A stretch of 64,000 nt of DNA from Schizosaccharomyces osmophilus (taxonomy: Eukaryota): the NCBI RefSeq assembly GCF_027921745.1, contig NC_079240.1, positions 186,001 to 250,000 of the forward strand, in the 5' to 3' direction. Position numbers and translations under genes: made by a program. A model generated the notes under the pieces. That model worked only from the letters and a program-made list of their open reading frames with translations, did no database searches and was not told the DNA's origin. Shown here one piece after another: positions 41,951 through 53,224 of this stretch; within the stretch, counting starts at the first letter, position 1, and every line of letters starts with the position of its first letter.

Positions 41951-42775
41951 CACCTTTGTAGCAAAAGGCTCTCCAGTTTTTATTCGTTGTTTATGAACTT
42001 GGCCACTCCTGTTTTAAGTAAACAAACTTCTTCCTGCAGTGTCGATATAATCTTTTCCAAGTACCCAGTAAATTATAATATCTATGAAAAATGCTTCGTC
42101 CCTTTCTTACCAAGTTTCTTCCAAAACAGTGCTCTGTTGACGATCATGTTCATGAATTTTGGCAATCCTTCCTCATGAACCATTTAGTGTGTTGCCGTAT
42201 ACTTATTAGCGTTCAGCTTTAATCTTCACAATACAGATTGTCAAAACTAAACGACTCGTTATACCCTTTCAACGAACAAAACGTAAATCTGTAAACTCTT
42301 TCAATGTAAGCAATCGTTTCGAAAAAGACGTATGGAACTTTAATAAAACTTTGAGACTTGCTTAAGAATAATCTATCAAGTTACGTATTATCTTGTTTCA
42401 TTACGAAAACAATTTACTACCTTGATTTCTGATTACTACGGTTTACGATCGAAATGGGATTCTCATATTAAAAGTGCATTTATTTTTCTTCGATTCAATC
42501 CATTAACCATTTCAAAAAAAAAGGCAAAAAACTCTTTGAATCGATTTTCTAATGAATTCTTTCGAACGAGTATCAATTAAACAAGGAAAGATAAACATAC
42601 CACAATTAGTTATTAACTGAAAGTTTTGTACAAATAGAAGGATTTAGGGACATGCAGGGTTCGATAGTATGCCGAGCAAGAACTAATGGCATGATGAAGG
42701 AGAAATGAAAACAGCAAAGAAGGGAAACATAGGAAGAATTTTCTTCAAATAAGATCCTATACATTATGAATTAAA

Positions 42776-44404
42776 TTAGCAAAAGCGATCTTGTTCGTCA
42801 ATATGAGCAGCCTCATGCTTGTGTCCAGCAATAGGGCTGCTTCCGGAAGAGCTTTCGACGCTGTCTTTCGAAGTTTGAGCATGTTCAACGAATTTCGAGC
42901 TTTCTCCATGAACACCACGAGACTTTTCAAGAGCTTCGTCTTGGTGTCGGGAGTACTCGCCAATGTGCTTGGGACGGGGCATCCAGGGCTGTGTACCGGA
43001 GGTATAAACGAGATTAATTTCTTCCAGTGTAAGACCCTTCGTCTCGTGGGCGAAGAGGAAAATGATGATAGCACCGGCCAGGTTACAAGACGCAAAGACA
43101 TAACCATACCTGAAGCCAATGGAGTTGGTGATGAAGGGAGTGAAGAAGGAAATCAAAAAGTTCCAAATCCAATTACCAGAGGTAGCCAAGGCAGCACATT
43201 TGGAACGATAACGAATGGGATAAGATTCACCAACAATTACGTATGCTGCAGGAGCCCAAGTTTGAGCAAAACAGAAAATGAAGAGACAAGAAAAGACGAT
43301 CATGACAGCTCCTGAGCGATGGTTTGAGGATCCGTCAGGACGTTTCAAAGCCTTATCACCAACAGAGGCATAGATGAAGAAGCAGATGGATTGCCAAACA
43401 CCACCAAGAATGAGAGGGTTACGACGACCAAAGTATTCAAGGACGAAAATGGCACCAAAGGTGCATCCAAAGTTGACAGCATCAAGAATCAAAGCAGCCA
43501 AGAAGGGAGAGTTTAATCCGGTACCACGGAACACTTGGGTACCGTAATAGAAGAAATAGTTGTTACCAGTAAGTTGTTGAAGAGACATGACAGCAATGCC
43601 GAGAAAGGTACGATGGCGAATTTGCTTATCGAAAACTTGAGGCCAGGTGCAAGGACCGCCAGCCAACTCAGCATCACAATCCGATTTAATCATGTGGTAT
43701 TCAGCTTGGATCACTTCATGTTCAAGAGGGAGGTCATTGTTCTTGCACATAATTTTCAAGGCCTCTTCATCTCTGCCAACGGAGATCAAATAACGAGGAG
43801 ATTCGGTGAGGAATAGAATACCGACTAGAGTAATGAGACCCCAGAGCAAGTTGATACCCATGGGAATACGCCATTGTGCAGTCTTGTTGAGTTTATGAGT
43901 GCCCATGTTAATGCAAGCGGCGATGAAAATACCGGCGGTAATAAAAAGTTGGTAAGTGGTGACAATGGCACCGCGCATCGCAGCTGGTGCAACCTCAGAT
44001 TGGTAACCAGGAGCAATAACAGAGAGAGCTCCGATACCAAGACCAGTCCAAATTTTTGCAATCACGATTTGAACCCAGGAAGGAACTGTAGTGACTTGAA
44101 TAATGATGCCGATTAAGTAAACAATGGTCCAGACAATAATAGAAGTACGTTTACCGATGCGATCAGCCAAAGGCGAAGAAAGAATACAGCCGCTGAAAGA
44201 ACCGACGTTGACCATACCAGTCAGCAAACCTTGGCGAGCCGAAGAGTACGAATAGGTATCTGTATCCTTGTCATATTTATCTGCAAAACGCGATTGAAAG
44301 TCGCGCATATTTGTAATACCACCAATCGATCCTGTGTCTGCACCGAACATCCATCCGGCCATGGACACAAAGACCAGCATGACAATTGTTAAACCCTTCG
44401 CCAT
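42776..44404 (-). CDS. ght8: Hexose transporter, Ght8/Ght5-like
   Basis: 542-aa sugar porter; position after dbl5; mosaic sequence makes the name tentative. Confidence 0.7.
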   Translation of the reverse strand: MAKGLTIVMLVFVSMAGWMFGADTGSIGGITNMRDFQSRFADKYDKDTDTYSYSSARQGLLTGMVNVGSFSGCILSSPLADRIGKRTSIIVWTIVYLIGIIIQVTTVPSWVQIVIAKIWTGLGIGALSVIAPGYQSEVAPAAMRGAIVTTYQLFITAGIFIAACINMGTHKLNKTAQWRIPMGINLLWGLITLVGILFLTESPRYLISVGRDEEALKIMCKNNDLPLEHEVIQAEYHMIKSDCDAELAGGPCTWPQVFDKQIRHRTFLGIAVMSLQQLTGNNYFFYYGTQVFRGTGLNSPFLAALILDAVNFGCTFGAIFVLEYFGRRNPLILGGVWQSICFFIYASVGDKALKRPDGSSNHRSGAVMIVFSCLFIFCFAQTWAPAAYVIVGESYPIRYRSKCAALATSGNWIWNFLISFFTPFITNSIGFRYGYVFASCNLAGAIIIFLFAHETKGLTLEEINLVYTSGTQPWMPRPKHIGEYSRHQDEALEKSRGVHGESSKFVEHAQTSKDSVESSSGSSPIAGHKHEAAHIDEQDRFC

Positions 44405-44766
44405 CTTGTGGATCTATTACAAGAAAAAGAGAGAGTTCGTTAAGAAAGAGAGAGGGTGAGGGTGAGGAAGAAAATAAATGTTCGCTAATGAAAAGACTAG
44501 GGAGACACTGAAAAATGGCTTACAAGGTTGAGCAGCAAGTCAAAAGAAGATATTATGATTTTGGAACAAAAACTTTAAAAGATAAAGTTGATGGAACCAG
44601 GCAACAAAAGCTTAAGAGAAAGAGAGTTGCAAAGAAAGGAAAATGAAGTTAAGAAGAAAGACAATCGATGTGATCAATTTTGATTCTCCAAAAATGTTTT
44701 TTGTTAAAACAAAGTTAGAAACCCTGAATTTCTTGTTTGCTGAAGAATCCATAGTCTGGGACCTTC

Positions 44767-44871
44767 ATATATATAGTAAATAAGATAAAAGGAAAACATC
44801 CAAGGGGCGGAGTGCGGGGACAATGCGGAGATTACCTGGAGACCACTCGATGACATTTCTTGAATGTGGGG
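44767..44871 (-). promoter_or_regulatory. TATA element plus cluster of five SYGGRG (Scr1/Mig1/CreA-type) sites upstream of the ght8-like gene
   Basis: GCGGAG 44807, GCGGGG 44814, GCGGAG 44825, CTGGAG 44836 and GTGGGG 44866 in AT-rich DNA; ATATATAT at ~44767. Confidence 0.6.
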
Positions 44872-45851
44872 AAACAAAAACAACCGCTGTAAGGCTTTTG
44901 ATTGGCTGTTACATAAACCCTTTTGAGCGAATTGTTACCGTAAACAAAGGCTAGGCCTGTCGATTCGAGTCTAGACTAAAAAAAAAAAAGAACAAGGAAA
45001 TCGACAGGAATGTTCCGCTGGGAAGCCCACACAAGTTCCGGAAAAATGGATTGAAAATGGGGAAATGCAAGCAGATATGTTTTGAACAAAGGCAAGAAAA
45101 AAAACAGCGCTTTTTGTTTGTTTTGTTTTTCCCTTATTGTTCCTTTGTTGTAGATTTCTCCGATCGTTGTTTACGAATGAACTAAAAATAAGGTTGAGGC
45201 CGTCCATTTTTTCCTCCGCTTATAGGGTGACCTAACGCCACATGAAAGGGTATAGGGTTGATATTAGGTTGCTCAACCTTAAATGAACAAATCGAACGTA
45301 AGAGGCTGGTTTCTCCGCATATGTGGAGAAGGCTATGACGTTTGCAATTGCCATTGCAAAGCCTGGATGGGGAAAGGTCGCAAAGTAGCGAACGAATGCT
45401 TTGTTGTTTATGCGATAGCATTCCTTCCATTTTCGTAAAAAATCTTTACGATAGCTTATCTTTCCTAAAGGACCAAACAAGGTACTTTTGAAATTGATCC
45501 TATGCCGAGGATGATGATACTCAAGAGACCAGCTAGCTGGCCTTTTCCTCTGGATCTATTCATTCTTAAGACGATACCAAATATGATTGTATGATATATC
45601 GTCCTATGGTATTGTGATGTAAATAAACAAAGAGCTGGAATGAACTTGCGAAACAGCAGTGAAGAAAAAAATCAATGGAAGTTGAGGCGTAATTTAGCGA
45701 AGAATTGTTGCAATGCTTACACTTATTTGCGATTGAGAAAGAGGTCGCTAGGAGATGATCATCTAGGAAGCAAAAACTACGCTGTTCAGTCAACAACATT
45801 TCGTTCTTAATAGAATCCTTCTTATAGAACCTTTCTTTTGTAGATCTTGCC

Positions 45852-45973
45852 ATCTACGTCCATACTTGCTGAAAGCACCAGTTCCCGTCCGATCACTGCA
45901 GTTAAGCGTCTGAGGGTCTCGTTAGTTCAATATTGTGGTCGGAGACAACATGGGAATCCGGGATGCTGTGGGT
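45852..45973 (+). rRNA. 5S rDNA copy A (variant, probably non-functional)
   Basis: CACCAGTTCCCGTCCGATCACTGCAGTTAAGCGTCTGAGGG...GGAGACAACATGGGAATCCGGGATGCTG matches Schizosaccharomyces 5S; diverged 5' end and an internal insertion. Confidence 0.88.
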
Positions 45974-46980
45974 TTCTATTTAATATTTTTGATTTTTTGT
46001 ATTCTCATATTGCATAACTTGTTAATTTTAATTCATTTAGAATACAGTGAACTTTCCAAATTTTGTTAGTGCAAACTATTACTCTCCATAGGGCTAGTCC
46101 ATTTCAAAAAATCGAGTAACAAGAAGTGTATAAAGTATATAGAATGATGTTGAAACATGCACACTTCTTGCCAACATTCCAAAATAGGTGACTTTGCTTT
46201 GTTTACCTTATGTAATATAGTATACTCGGTAGGAAAATATTTATATAGAATAATTCTGACAGGGCAAGTACTTTGGAATTTGACAATGGAAGTGGATTCA
46301 ACGGTAATTGCTCATGACATTGGCGATTGATTAACAAATTTGAGCAAAGTTATTAAATATTTAGAGGGATATATGTATAAGTTTGGTCTGGCGAAATAAA
46401 TTATGGTATCAAACATATACATTAGCTCAGATAGCAATTGGAGAAAAAATGTTACTTGCATAATAAACTATAAACTATAAAGTAAAAATAAAAAAAAAAG
46501 CATAACCGAAAACGCAATTCAATGCATGTTCCTAACTAAAAGAATCAATGTTTTCTTTGTTTATCAATATATAAAAATATACTGGATTGTATTATCATAT
46601 AGCATGAATGAATGTAATACTGGACATAGAGACGCTTGACAGTCAGATCCATCAAATATTGCTGCCAAGGATAGGAACCAATATACCGTTTCTCAAGCCA
46701 AGCGCAAATTTATGTATGTTTAGCAATGGAAAAGGGGTCCATAAACGCGACTTAGTTACTCCTTTTTCGACGACCTATGAGCTGTACCTTCCTTCCCTAC
46801 TTGAGAACAAAGAAACCCTTGGGTATTTATTTATATAACTCATGGATAAACTGGAACTTGTCGTGATCATAGTGGTTCTTGGATTTTTGGAGCCTTGAAA
46901 GACTCTGCATTGCATTAAAAGTTAGTCTTTCTCTTTCCAATCTATTCATCGTTCATTTACTTTTATTCATCCATTTGAAA

Positions 46981-47703
46981 ATGACTCAAGATTTATTCGA
47001 TAATGCAAGTGGGATTCCTCCCCCTTCTGATGATTCTTATGCAGAGCAAAGATTCACAAATGAATCCACGGACGCGATTTCCCAAGATCCGTTTAATTCA
47101 TTCAGAAGCAAAATGGCCATCCTTAATAAAGCAGTTACAGCTAGACTAGAAGAAGGTGGGTTTTCACAAGATGATGTGTCTGACATTCGACAGATGCTTC
47201 AAGAGCTCACAGAAGGACAAACTAGCCTTCAAGAAGAGATGATCCAAGCACAGAATAGCCTACGAGAAGAACAAGATCGCCTCAAGGGAAGACTAGAAGG
47301 ACAATATGAAGTGGTTGAAACCAATTATCGAGCCAGTATGGATGATATTGTTAAAAGTATTGACCAAAGTGATTCCAAGATAAACAAGACAAAAAGCTCA
47401 GTACAGAGAACTGAAAACTTTTTAAACAGATATTTCGCTAGTGATACAAAACCAATTCCATTTATCGATGGACGAGATCCTCCTTCTTGGCTCCCTAAAC
47501 TAATCGCTATTTCCGACATTGATAATTTGAATCCAAACCAATTGAAAACGTATCTGGAGGGATATGGTGGTACCTATGATGAGAAGGAGTCTCAAACATC
47601 TCTTAAAAGAAATCTTGCTGATTATGTTGGCTTTATAACGCCCCATGATAACCGTTACGAGTTTTCAGAAAGCAATGAACCCTTTCCAAAATATATGACA
47701 TGA
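46981..47703 (+). CDS. Tdk1/Mug135-family (DUF1773) coiled-coil protein, 240 aa; candidate killer meiotic driver
   Basis: Heptad coiled-coil stalk, then QRTEN...IPFIDGRDPPSWLPKLIAISDIDNLNPNQLKTYLEGYG...LKRNLADYVG, recognised as the DUF1773/Mug135 C-terminal domain; first true ATG is 46981. Confidence 0.8.
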   Translation: MTQDLFDNASGIPPPSDDSYAEQRFTNESTDAISQDPFNSFRSKMAILNKAVTARLEEGGFSQDDVSDIRQMLQELTEGQTSLQEEMIQAQNSLREEQDRLKGRLEGQYEVVETNYRASMDDIVKSIDQSDSKINKTKSSVQRTENFLNRYFASDTKPIPFIDGRDPPSWLPKLIAISDIDNLNPNQLKTYLEGYGGTYDEKESQTSLKRNLADYVGFITPHDNRYEFSESNEPFPKYMT

Positions 47704-47884
47704 AGTTAATACAACAAATTGATGAAATGTACTTTTGTCTCCCCACGGTTGATTAATGTTTATGAACAGCATGGATTCCTGCTTGCTTCCTAAAATGAAG
47801 CTTACCCCGGAGACTAATCAAACTCAACATTTTAATCCTGCAATGAATGTTTTTATCTCTCACATCATCATAATACTGAAAGTA

Positions 47885-48001
47885 GTCATAAATAATTTCT
47901 GGCTGTCGAAATGCCAATTGCTGTTTGATCATCGCAGTGAGGCCTGCTTAACCTACTATGCATGATTGGGAGAAACATGGGAATTCGGGATGCTGTAGGT
48001 T
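47885..48001 (+). pseudogene. 5S rDNA copy B (highly degenerate)
   Basis: 3' end AACATGGGAATTCGGGATGCTGTAGGT is clearly 5S; GATCATCGCAGT is a remnant of GATCACTGCAGT; 5' boundary approximate. Confidence 0.75.
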
Positions 48002-48628
48002 TCTTACTAGTTTTTTATTCCTTTCTTTTTTTGGTTTGCGTTTTCTTGCTTTTTACTGACTTCTCATGCGATCCAAACGCAATACGTAACCACCAAGGAA
48101 AGTGGAAACCAAAGTCTAAATTTTGTCAGAAATAAAAAACAATGAAAGCTTGTGCTTTTATTTGATACTTGCTCTGTTTTTCTTCTACAAAACTGCCATT
48201 CATTTGGGGATGATTCCACCACCTTCTGTTGCAAACCTTCTCTTCAAACTAGTAGTCACCACCAATTGTCCAGCATGAATGGAATTGTATCCTATCGAAT
48301 ACACTATATCGGCTCTACGCCGCTCATTTTGTCTTTGTTTGATATTACCCCTACATCTTGACCGCACTTGATCTTTGCTTCGTATCGTAATTTCATTAAC
48401 GTTAACATATAAACTCTCAATTTATTAGTCAAAACTTTGCAGACTCGTTTCAGGATCCAAGTAATAAATAAATAGTAACGATAAGAATAGAAATAAGGGG
48501 GATATCCATTACAAGAGAAACTGTCCAAGCTTCATACTTTAGAGGACACTTAAGATGAAGAAAGAACACTTCATCAAACGAGAATCCGTGGTTTTGACTT
48601 GTAGCACAGCTACAGTTGAACTGCTAGC

Positions 48629-48865
48629 TTAACTGCCGCCACCCCAAGCCGCTGCACTTGGATCACCTTCATTAATGGGGTTGGGTGTTTCTCTTCTGAA
48701 AACAGCACCCGAAGCAGTACCTTCAGCGTCACCTTCAGCAATTGGTGTAGGGGAGTCTCTCTTCAATGTTAGCGCAGAAGCAATACCTCCAGCGGCACCT
48801 CCATGAAGATTGGCAAGAGTAATACATAGAGCCATCAAGAGAAGGCTGGTCAAGAAACTGCGCAT
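48629..48865 (-). CDS. Small secreted Kex2-processed repeat peptide precursor (78 aa)
   Basis: Signal-like MRSFLTSLLLMALCITLA; KR and RR sites each followed by a related unit (DSPTPIAEGD / ETPNPINEGD); A-rich ATG context; TATAAAT ~100 nt upstream. Confidence 0.7.
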   Translation of the reverse strand: MRSFLTSLLLMALCITLANLHGGAAGGIASALTLKRDSPTPIAEGDAEGTASGAVFRRETPNPINEGDPSAAAWGGGS

Positions 48866-49640
48866 TTTTTAATGAAAAAAAAAAAAAATCAAAATCAATT
48901 TGTAAAAAAGGATGGTAATGATGGATGGCTATGAAACTCATTTACATTCAAGATGTCCCAATTTATAGTTTTCATAATTGAAAAATTGTCATTCTAAGCC
49001 ATTCCCTAAATTGCGTCTATAGCATTACCTGAAAGCAAGCAATAGAAACAAATCGATGTCAATTGCTTCGAATACACCACAATTAAATCATCGCATTGCC
49101 ACTTGATATAGTAACAAGTATCTATTATCTAAGGCTCATAATAAGTGATCTATGCGGCAATGCGCAAGGCGAACATTTTTTGGTTTCATTGGACTTTGTT
49201 GATCAATTTTGGCAATTTACAATTCCTATTTTGGCATCTGGCCGGTTAGCTCAAATCGTGACATCCGTAAACATGATGTTAATTTCATTTAGTTTGCTAT
49301 GAAATGAATTCACAAACACATGTAATAGCCATTGTATATCGTAGGATACATTTCATTATCATCCTATGTCTGTGCGGCGCTCAATAAATTTCCTAACCCT
49401 ACAATGATCTTCAATGTTTACGAATATTTCTACGTCTCATAAATGCATCCAAGGAAATAGAAAAGTTCATCATACTGGATTTCCTTTTAATAGTTCAACT
49501 GTTATTTCCAGCTTTTGTATGAGCGTAAAAAAAAAGGCCATTCATTCATGTACGGATGTGATAAAAATTTATGAAAAATATTTCGTAAAAACAACCATTT
49601 CATATTCGGATACCATGTTGAAAAATATACTTCCTAACTT

Positions 49641-50333
49641 CTATAATTGTTGAATAGCTTGCTCCCGTTCCTTTAAAGTAGCAGCAACGGCAGGACGCTC
49701 AACAAGACGTTGATGCCAAGCATAAGTCTTGGGGAACTCCTTTTCGAAATCCAATTGAGGAAGTTCTTCCTTGAATTCATGCTTTCCTGGGCCAAAAATA
49801 TATGGCACTAGAGCGTTCCAATTCACAAAAGATGCATCGGCGATTGTGTACTTGCCGGCGACAAGGTAATCCTTGTCTTGAAGAATGGTTTCTAAAACAC
49901 CAAGCACGCGCTTAATTTCATTTCTGTATCTAGTAACGGCCGATGCAACTGGTTCTGGGTGATAGAAGTTGAACCAAGAAGCTTGTCCCCAAATGACACC
50001 TTGACCAGAAGACTGGAAAAAGAGATATTGAAGAAGATGATGATAATCGGGATGGTCATGAGGTAAGGAAATCTTTCTTTCCTTGTCGTATCTGTCTGTC
50101 AAATAGGCTAAAATAGCATCGGATTCCCAGATTGCATAATCATTATTTTGGTGATCAACTAGCGTTGGGACTCTTCCATTAGGATTGTAAGCAAGGTGCT
50201 GTTCGTTCTTTTGCTCATTCTTTGAAAATTCATAAAACACAGTTTCATAAGAAAGATTTAGTTCTTTCAAAGCAATAACTGGTCTCCAAGGATTGGGACC
50301 ACCTTTGTGAGAGAATAGAGTAAAGTGCACCAT
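49641..50333 (-). CDS. Glutathione S-transferase (Ure2/Gst1-Gst2 type)
   Basis: GPNPWRP, NPNGRVPTL, IWESDAIL and YTIADASF GST motifs; ATGACGT (50546) and TGACTAA (50438) stress-type sites upstream. Confidence 0.92.
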   Translation of the reverse strand: MVHFTLFSHKGGPNPWRPVIALKELNLSYETVFYEFSKNEQKNEQHLAYNPNGRVPTLVDHQNNDYAIWESDAILAYLTDRYDKERKISLPHDHPDYHHLLQYLFFQSSGQGVIWGQASWFNFYHPEPVASAVTRYRNEIKRVLGVLETILQDKDYLVAGKYTIADASFVNWNALVPYIFGPGKHEFKEELPQLDFEKEFPKTYAWHQRLVERPAVAATLKEREQAIQQL

Positions 50334-50959
50334 TCTTTAAAAGGTTTAGTAAACGTAAATTGTTCAGTTGTTAGAGTAAAAAGTTAGGAGTTGGCTGCTT
50401 ATATACAAAATCATAAGGCAAAACAATGTTGGTTTGATGACTAAAAACAAAGCTTTGCTTACAAAGCAAAAGTTATTGTAATAGTATGATCTTCTAGTAA
50501 GAAATTTAAATGTCGACTTGCTTTTAGTGTTTGCAGCGTTATTAAATGACGTCTTCGAAGGCTGCTGACTGACGAGTTCAACGGTTTTCGTGTTACAACA
50601 GTGGCATTCTTAATCAAACAAATGGACTCGTTTTTCCGTCGTTGTAGTTATGTTTGTATACTATGGAGTGCAAAATATAGATTGTGATTGAGCGATGCTT
50701 GATTTTCGCAGCTCTTGTAGCCCGATGCAACAATCTTCTGTTACAGCATATGAGTACTATAATATTTATATTTCTAGTCGTTATATGATCAGTTATGAGA
50801 TTCATTTCAAAAAACTATATTTTCTATACCAAAAACTTCCTTTATTATTACTATTCAATGAACCTTTACATACTTTAAAAGGTGTGCAAGTGACGATATA
50901 GAACTATTTCTTTAAGCTTTAATAAAATCCAAAAAGAGAAAAAATAAATTAATAACAAA

Positions 50960-51830
50960 CTTTTGAATACGCACAGGGAAATCTCCTTATAGCCTCAGAC
51001 TTGCTCTATCCAAGGTTAGAATAAAATTCATAACAATTTGATTTCGCCCATGAACTGATGCAGTTAATGTTCTTTCAATTGGTTCATTGTCAGAAAAGCA
51101 AGACTTACTTCTGCGCTGCGATTACGAATTACGAAGAAGAGCAAAGGCTCGAGTGTTGTACTCTAGATTTGATGGTCTGAGACCTACAGCCAAACGAAGT
51201 CGGGATGCGAAAGCCCTCATGGCCCTTCAATTAGCTTTTACAGCGCATATGTATATATGAATATTCAAGCGCCGCCGTACATCACCCATGTCGACTTGAG
51301 TGTTGATTTCAAGTTAAGCAAACGGGAACGTCCATATTTTGCCAAAGGAAGCTGCTGAGGTCGTCATTGATAGAGTTGTAGCCCGAGGCCAGTCATGTCC
51401 GTTGGGCTGTGATGACCGGCAAAGGTGTGCCCGGGGATGAAGTTAGCTTGGAGAAGGAAGACTCTGTTTCTGGGTCGGCTGAGGATTTCCATAACTTTCT
51501 TGAATGCTTTCGCAAGGTAAACGATGATTTCATCTTGCATGCGACGGGGAAATTGGCTTGTCCATAGGCATCCATTGTTGGCACTAAGGGATTATGTCTG
51601 AGATCCATTGCAACGAAACGAGGAGGATTCTTTAACGATTTGACTTTGAAGATGTCTCCAGTCCTTTTGTCTGAACTTTGTTGACGATCTTTCCTGTTAG
51701 TCATGGAAAGCTTGCGGTCGCTTTTTCAAGGCCATTCGTCAATGTGCCAATAATTGCTGGGTATCAGAGCATCATTCACTGCAAAATAAAAGCCTAAAAA
51801 TTTGTATATATTTTTTAGAGCTATAAGATC
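50960..51830 (-). pseudogene. TRI101/AYT1-like O-acetyltransferase pseudogene
   Basis: Frameshifted, collinear fragments: LTNGLEKATASFP*LTGKIV, PRFVAMDLRHNPLVPTM, VFLLQANFIPG..FAGHHSPTDMTGLG (HxxxD), SINDDLSSFLWQ, FASRLRL, SSWAK...SEAIRR. Confidence 0.75.
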
Positions 51831-51834
51831 AACT

Positions 51835-51958
51835 GTCTACGGCCATACCCAGGCGAAAACACCAGTTCCCGTCCGATTAGTGCAGTAAGTAAAAACGTCT
51901 GAGGGCTTCGTTAGTACTACGGTTGGAAACAACATGGGAATCCGGAATGCTGTAGGTT
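51835..51958 (+). rRNA. 5S rDNA copy C (variant; insertion in box A region)
   Basis: GTCTACGGCCATACCCAGGCGAAAACACCAGTTCCCGTCCGAT...CATGGGAATCCGGAATGCTGTAGG followed by a T-run. Confidence 0.9.
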
Positions 51959-52581
51959 TTCTGCAATTCTTGTTCTTTTGTATGCAACCATCGCCTTGCT
52001 GTCGTTTTGATCGCCATGGTCCTTTGACTTAGTGATACTAGTGGATGCGGAAAATGCAATGATTACTCTTGATTCAATAATTAAAAGTCTTACTAGTCTT
52101 ATTAAATAAATAAAAAGGATCAAGGATTAAGAGCGTCAAACGAATAAATAACAACAAGCAATTGAACCAAACTATGCAGGTACAATGACAATACCATCCA
52201 GTGATAACCACCCTTCTTATTCAATGTCGAAGAGATGAAGTGAATCAAGAAAACGGCCGCCATTTAGGAGCATTAGTCATGCAAAAAGCATTTTAATATA
52301 TATGCAGGAAAGAAATAACCGAAACATAAGCATAAGCATAAACATAAACATAAAGCATGCTGGAGAAAAAACAACAAGACCGGACATTATAATAAACAAT
52401 GCTTTACTTTCCGTATAAATCACTCCCACTGCTTTCAACATCCCTAGACTGACCCGGTTTCTGGCGTAACCCTGGAGATTGCTCAGAATGTTCAGAGGAC
52501 GGTTGTTTGAAAGTATTATCACTACGATCGTTGAAGCGGTTTTCAGGCTCTGGTGGCAAGCTGTTTAATGGGATACAATTA

Positions 52582-53224
52582 TCATCCGTCAAGTCGTTTT
52601 CTATCCGATGACATCCTGAAGCCTAGAGCACTGGTAATTGCAGAAAGTAATATAACGACTAAATCCACCAACACTAAAAGTACCCCATTAGTAAACATAT
52701 CAAAATAAAATTCCACCATTTCACTTACATGAACAAACATATAGAAACATATAGAAAGTCATGACGACAAGAACAGCTGCCACAGTAGCTTGAAACCATG
52801 TCCATACAGATTCTTTCATCGGTTCCTTTATAAAGGGGACAAGGAAAAAGTAAGAAAAGAAAAAGTCCAATACGATTGAACCAATAAAGCACCAACCAAG
52901 CCGAAGAACTTCATTCTCCTGTCTCCGCTTTGCTTCGGAGATTCTCGCAATTTTTGCCGGCCAGAGAATCAACCACAATAATGCCGTCAAGGCATTTCGT
53001 AAAAGAATAAAGAATCCGCTTCCTTGTGCCATGTTGGTAGACGCTTCTTGATGTCTGTTTTCTGAGTACGGAGGTGCATGACCTTTTTCCAAGTCGTCTA
53101 GATGAGAATTCAAGATTTCATTGTACCGTGGCAGTTCACCGTCAAACGTTGCAAGAGTGCCCAAGCGAGGAACGTCAGCTGAATCAGCATCTTTTAGCTT
53201 TTTGTATTTGTTTTTTTCAGTCAT
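52582..53224 (-). CDS. wag: wtf-associated (wag-like) membrane protein (exons 53224-52729, 52673-52582; 3' end uncertain, may extend to 52404)
   Basis: Divergent from wtf inside a 5S-5S interval; 3-4 TM segments; intron GTAAGT...ACTAAT...TTTTAG. Name assigned by position and architecture. Confidence 0.65.

Noticed and set aside
46879..46980. N-terminal hydrophobic extension of the DUF1773 ORF
   Set aside because: Depends on a TTG start; looks like pyrimidine-rich 5' UTR; ATG 46981 has good context
51393..51704. 103-aa ORF as an independent gene
   Set aside because: A mixed-frame fragment of the acetyltransferase pseudogene
48629..51830. Peptide precursor + GST + acetyltransferase as a RiPP biosynthetic cluster
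   Set aside because: No DUF3328/UstYa oxidase or other maturase is visible and the acetyltransferase is dead; adjacency alone is insufficient
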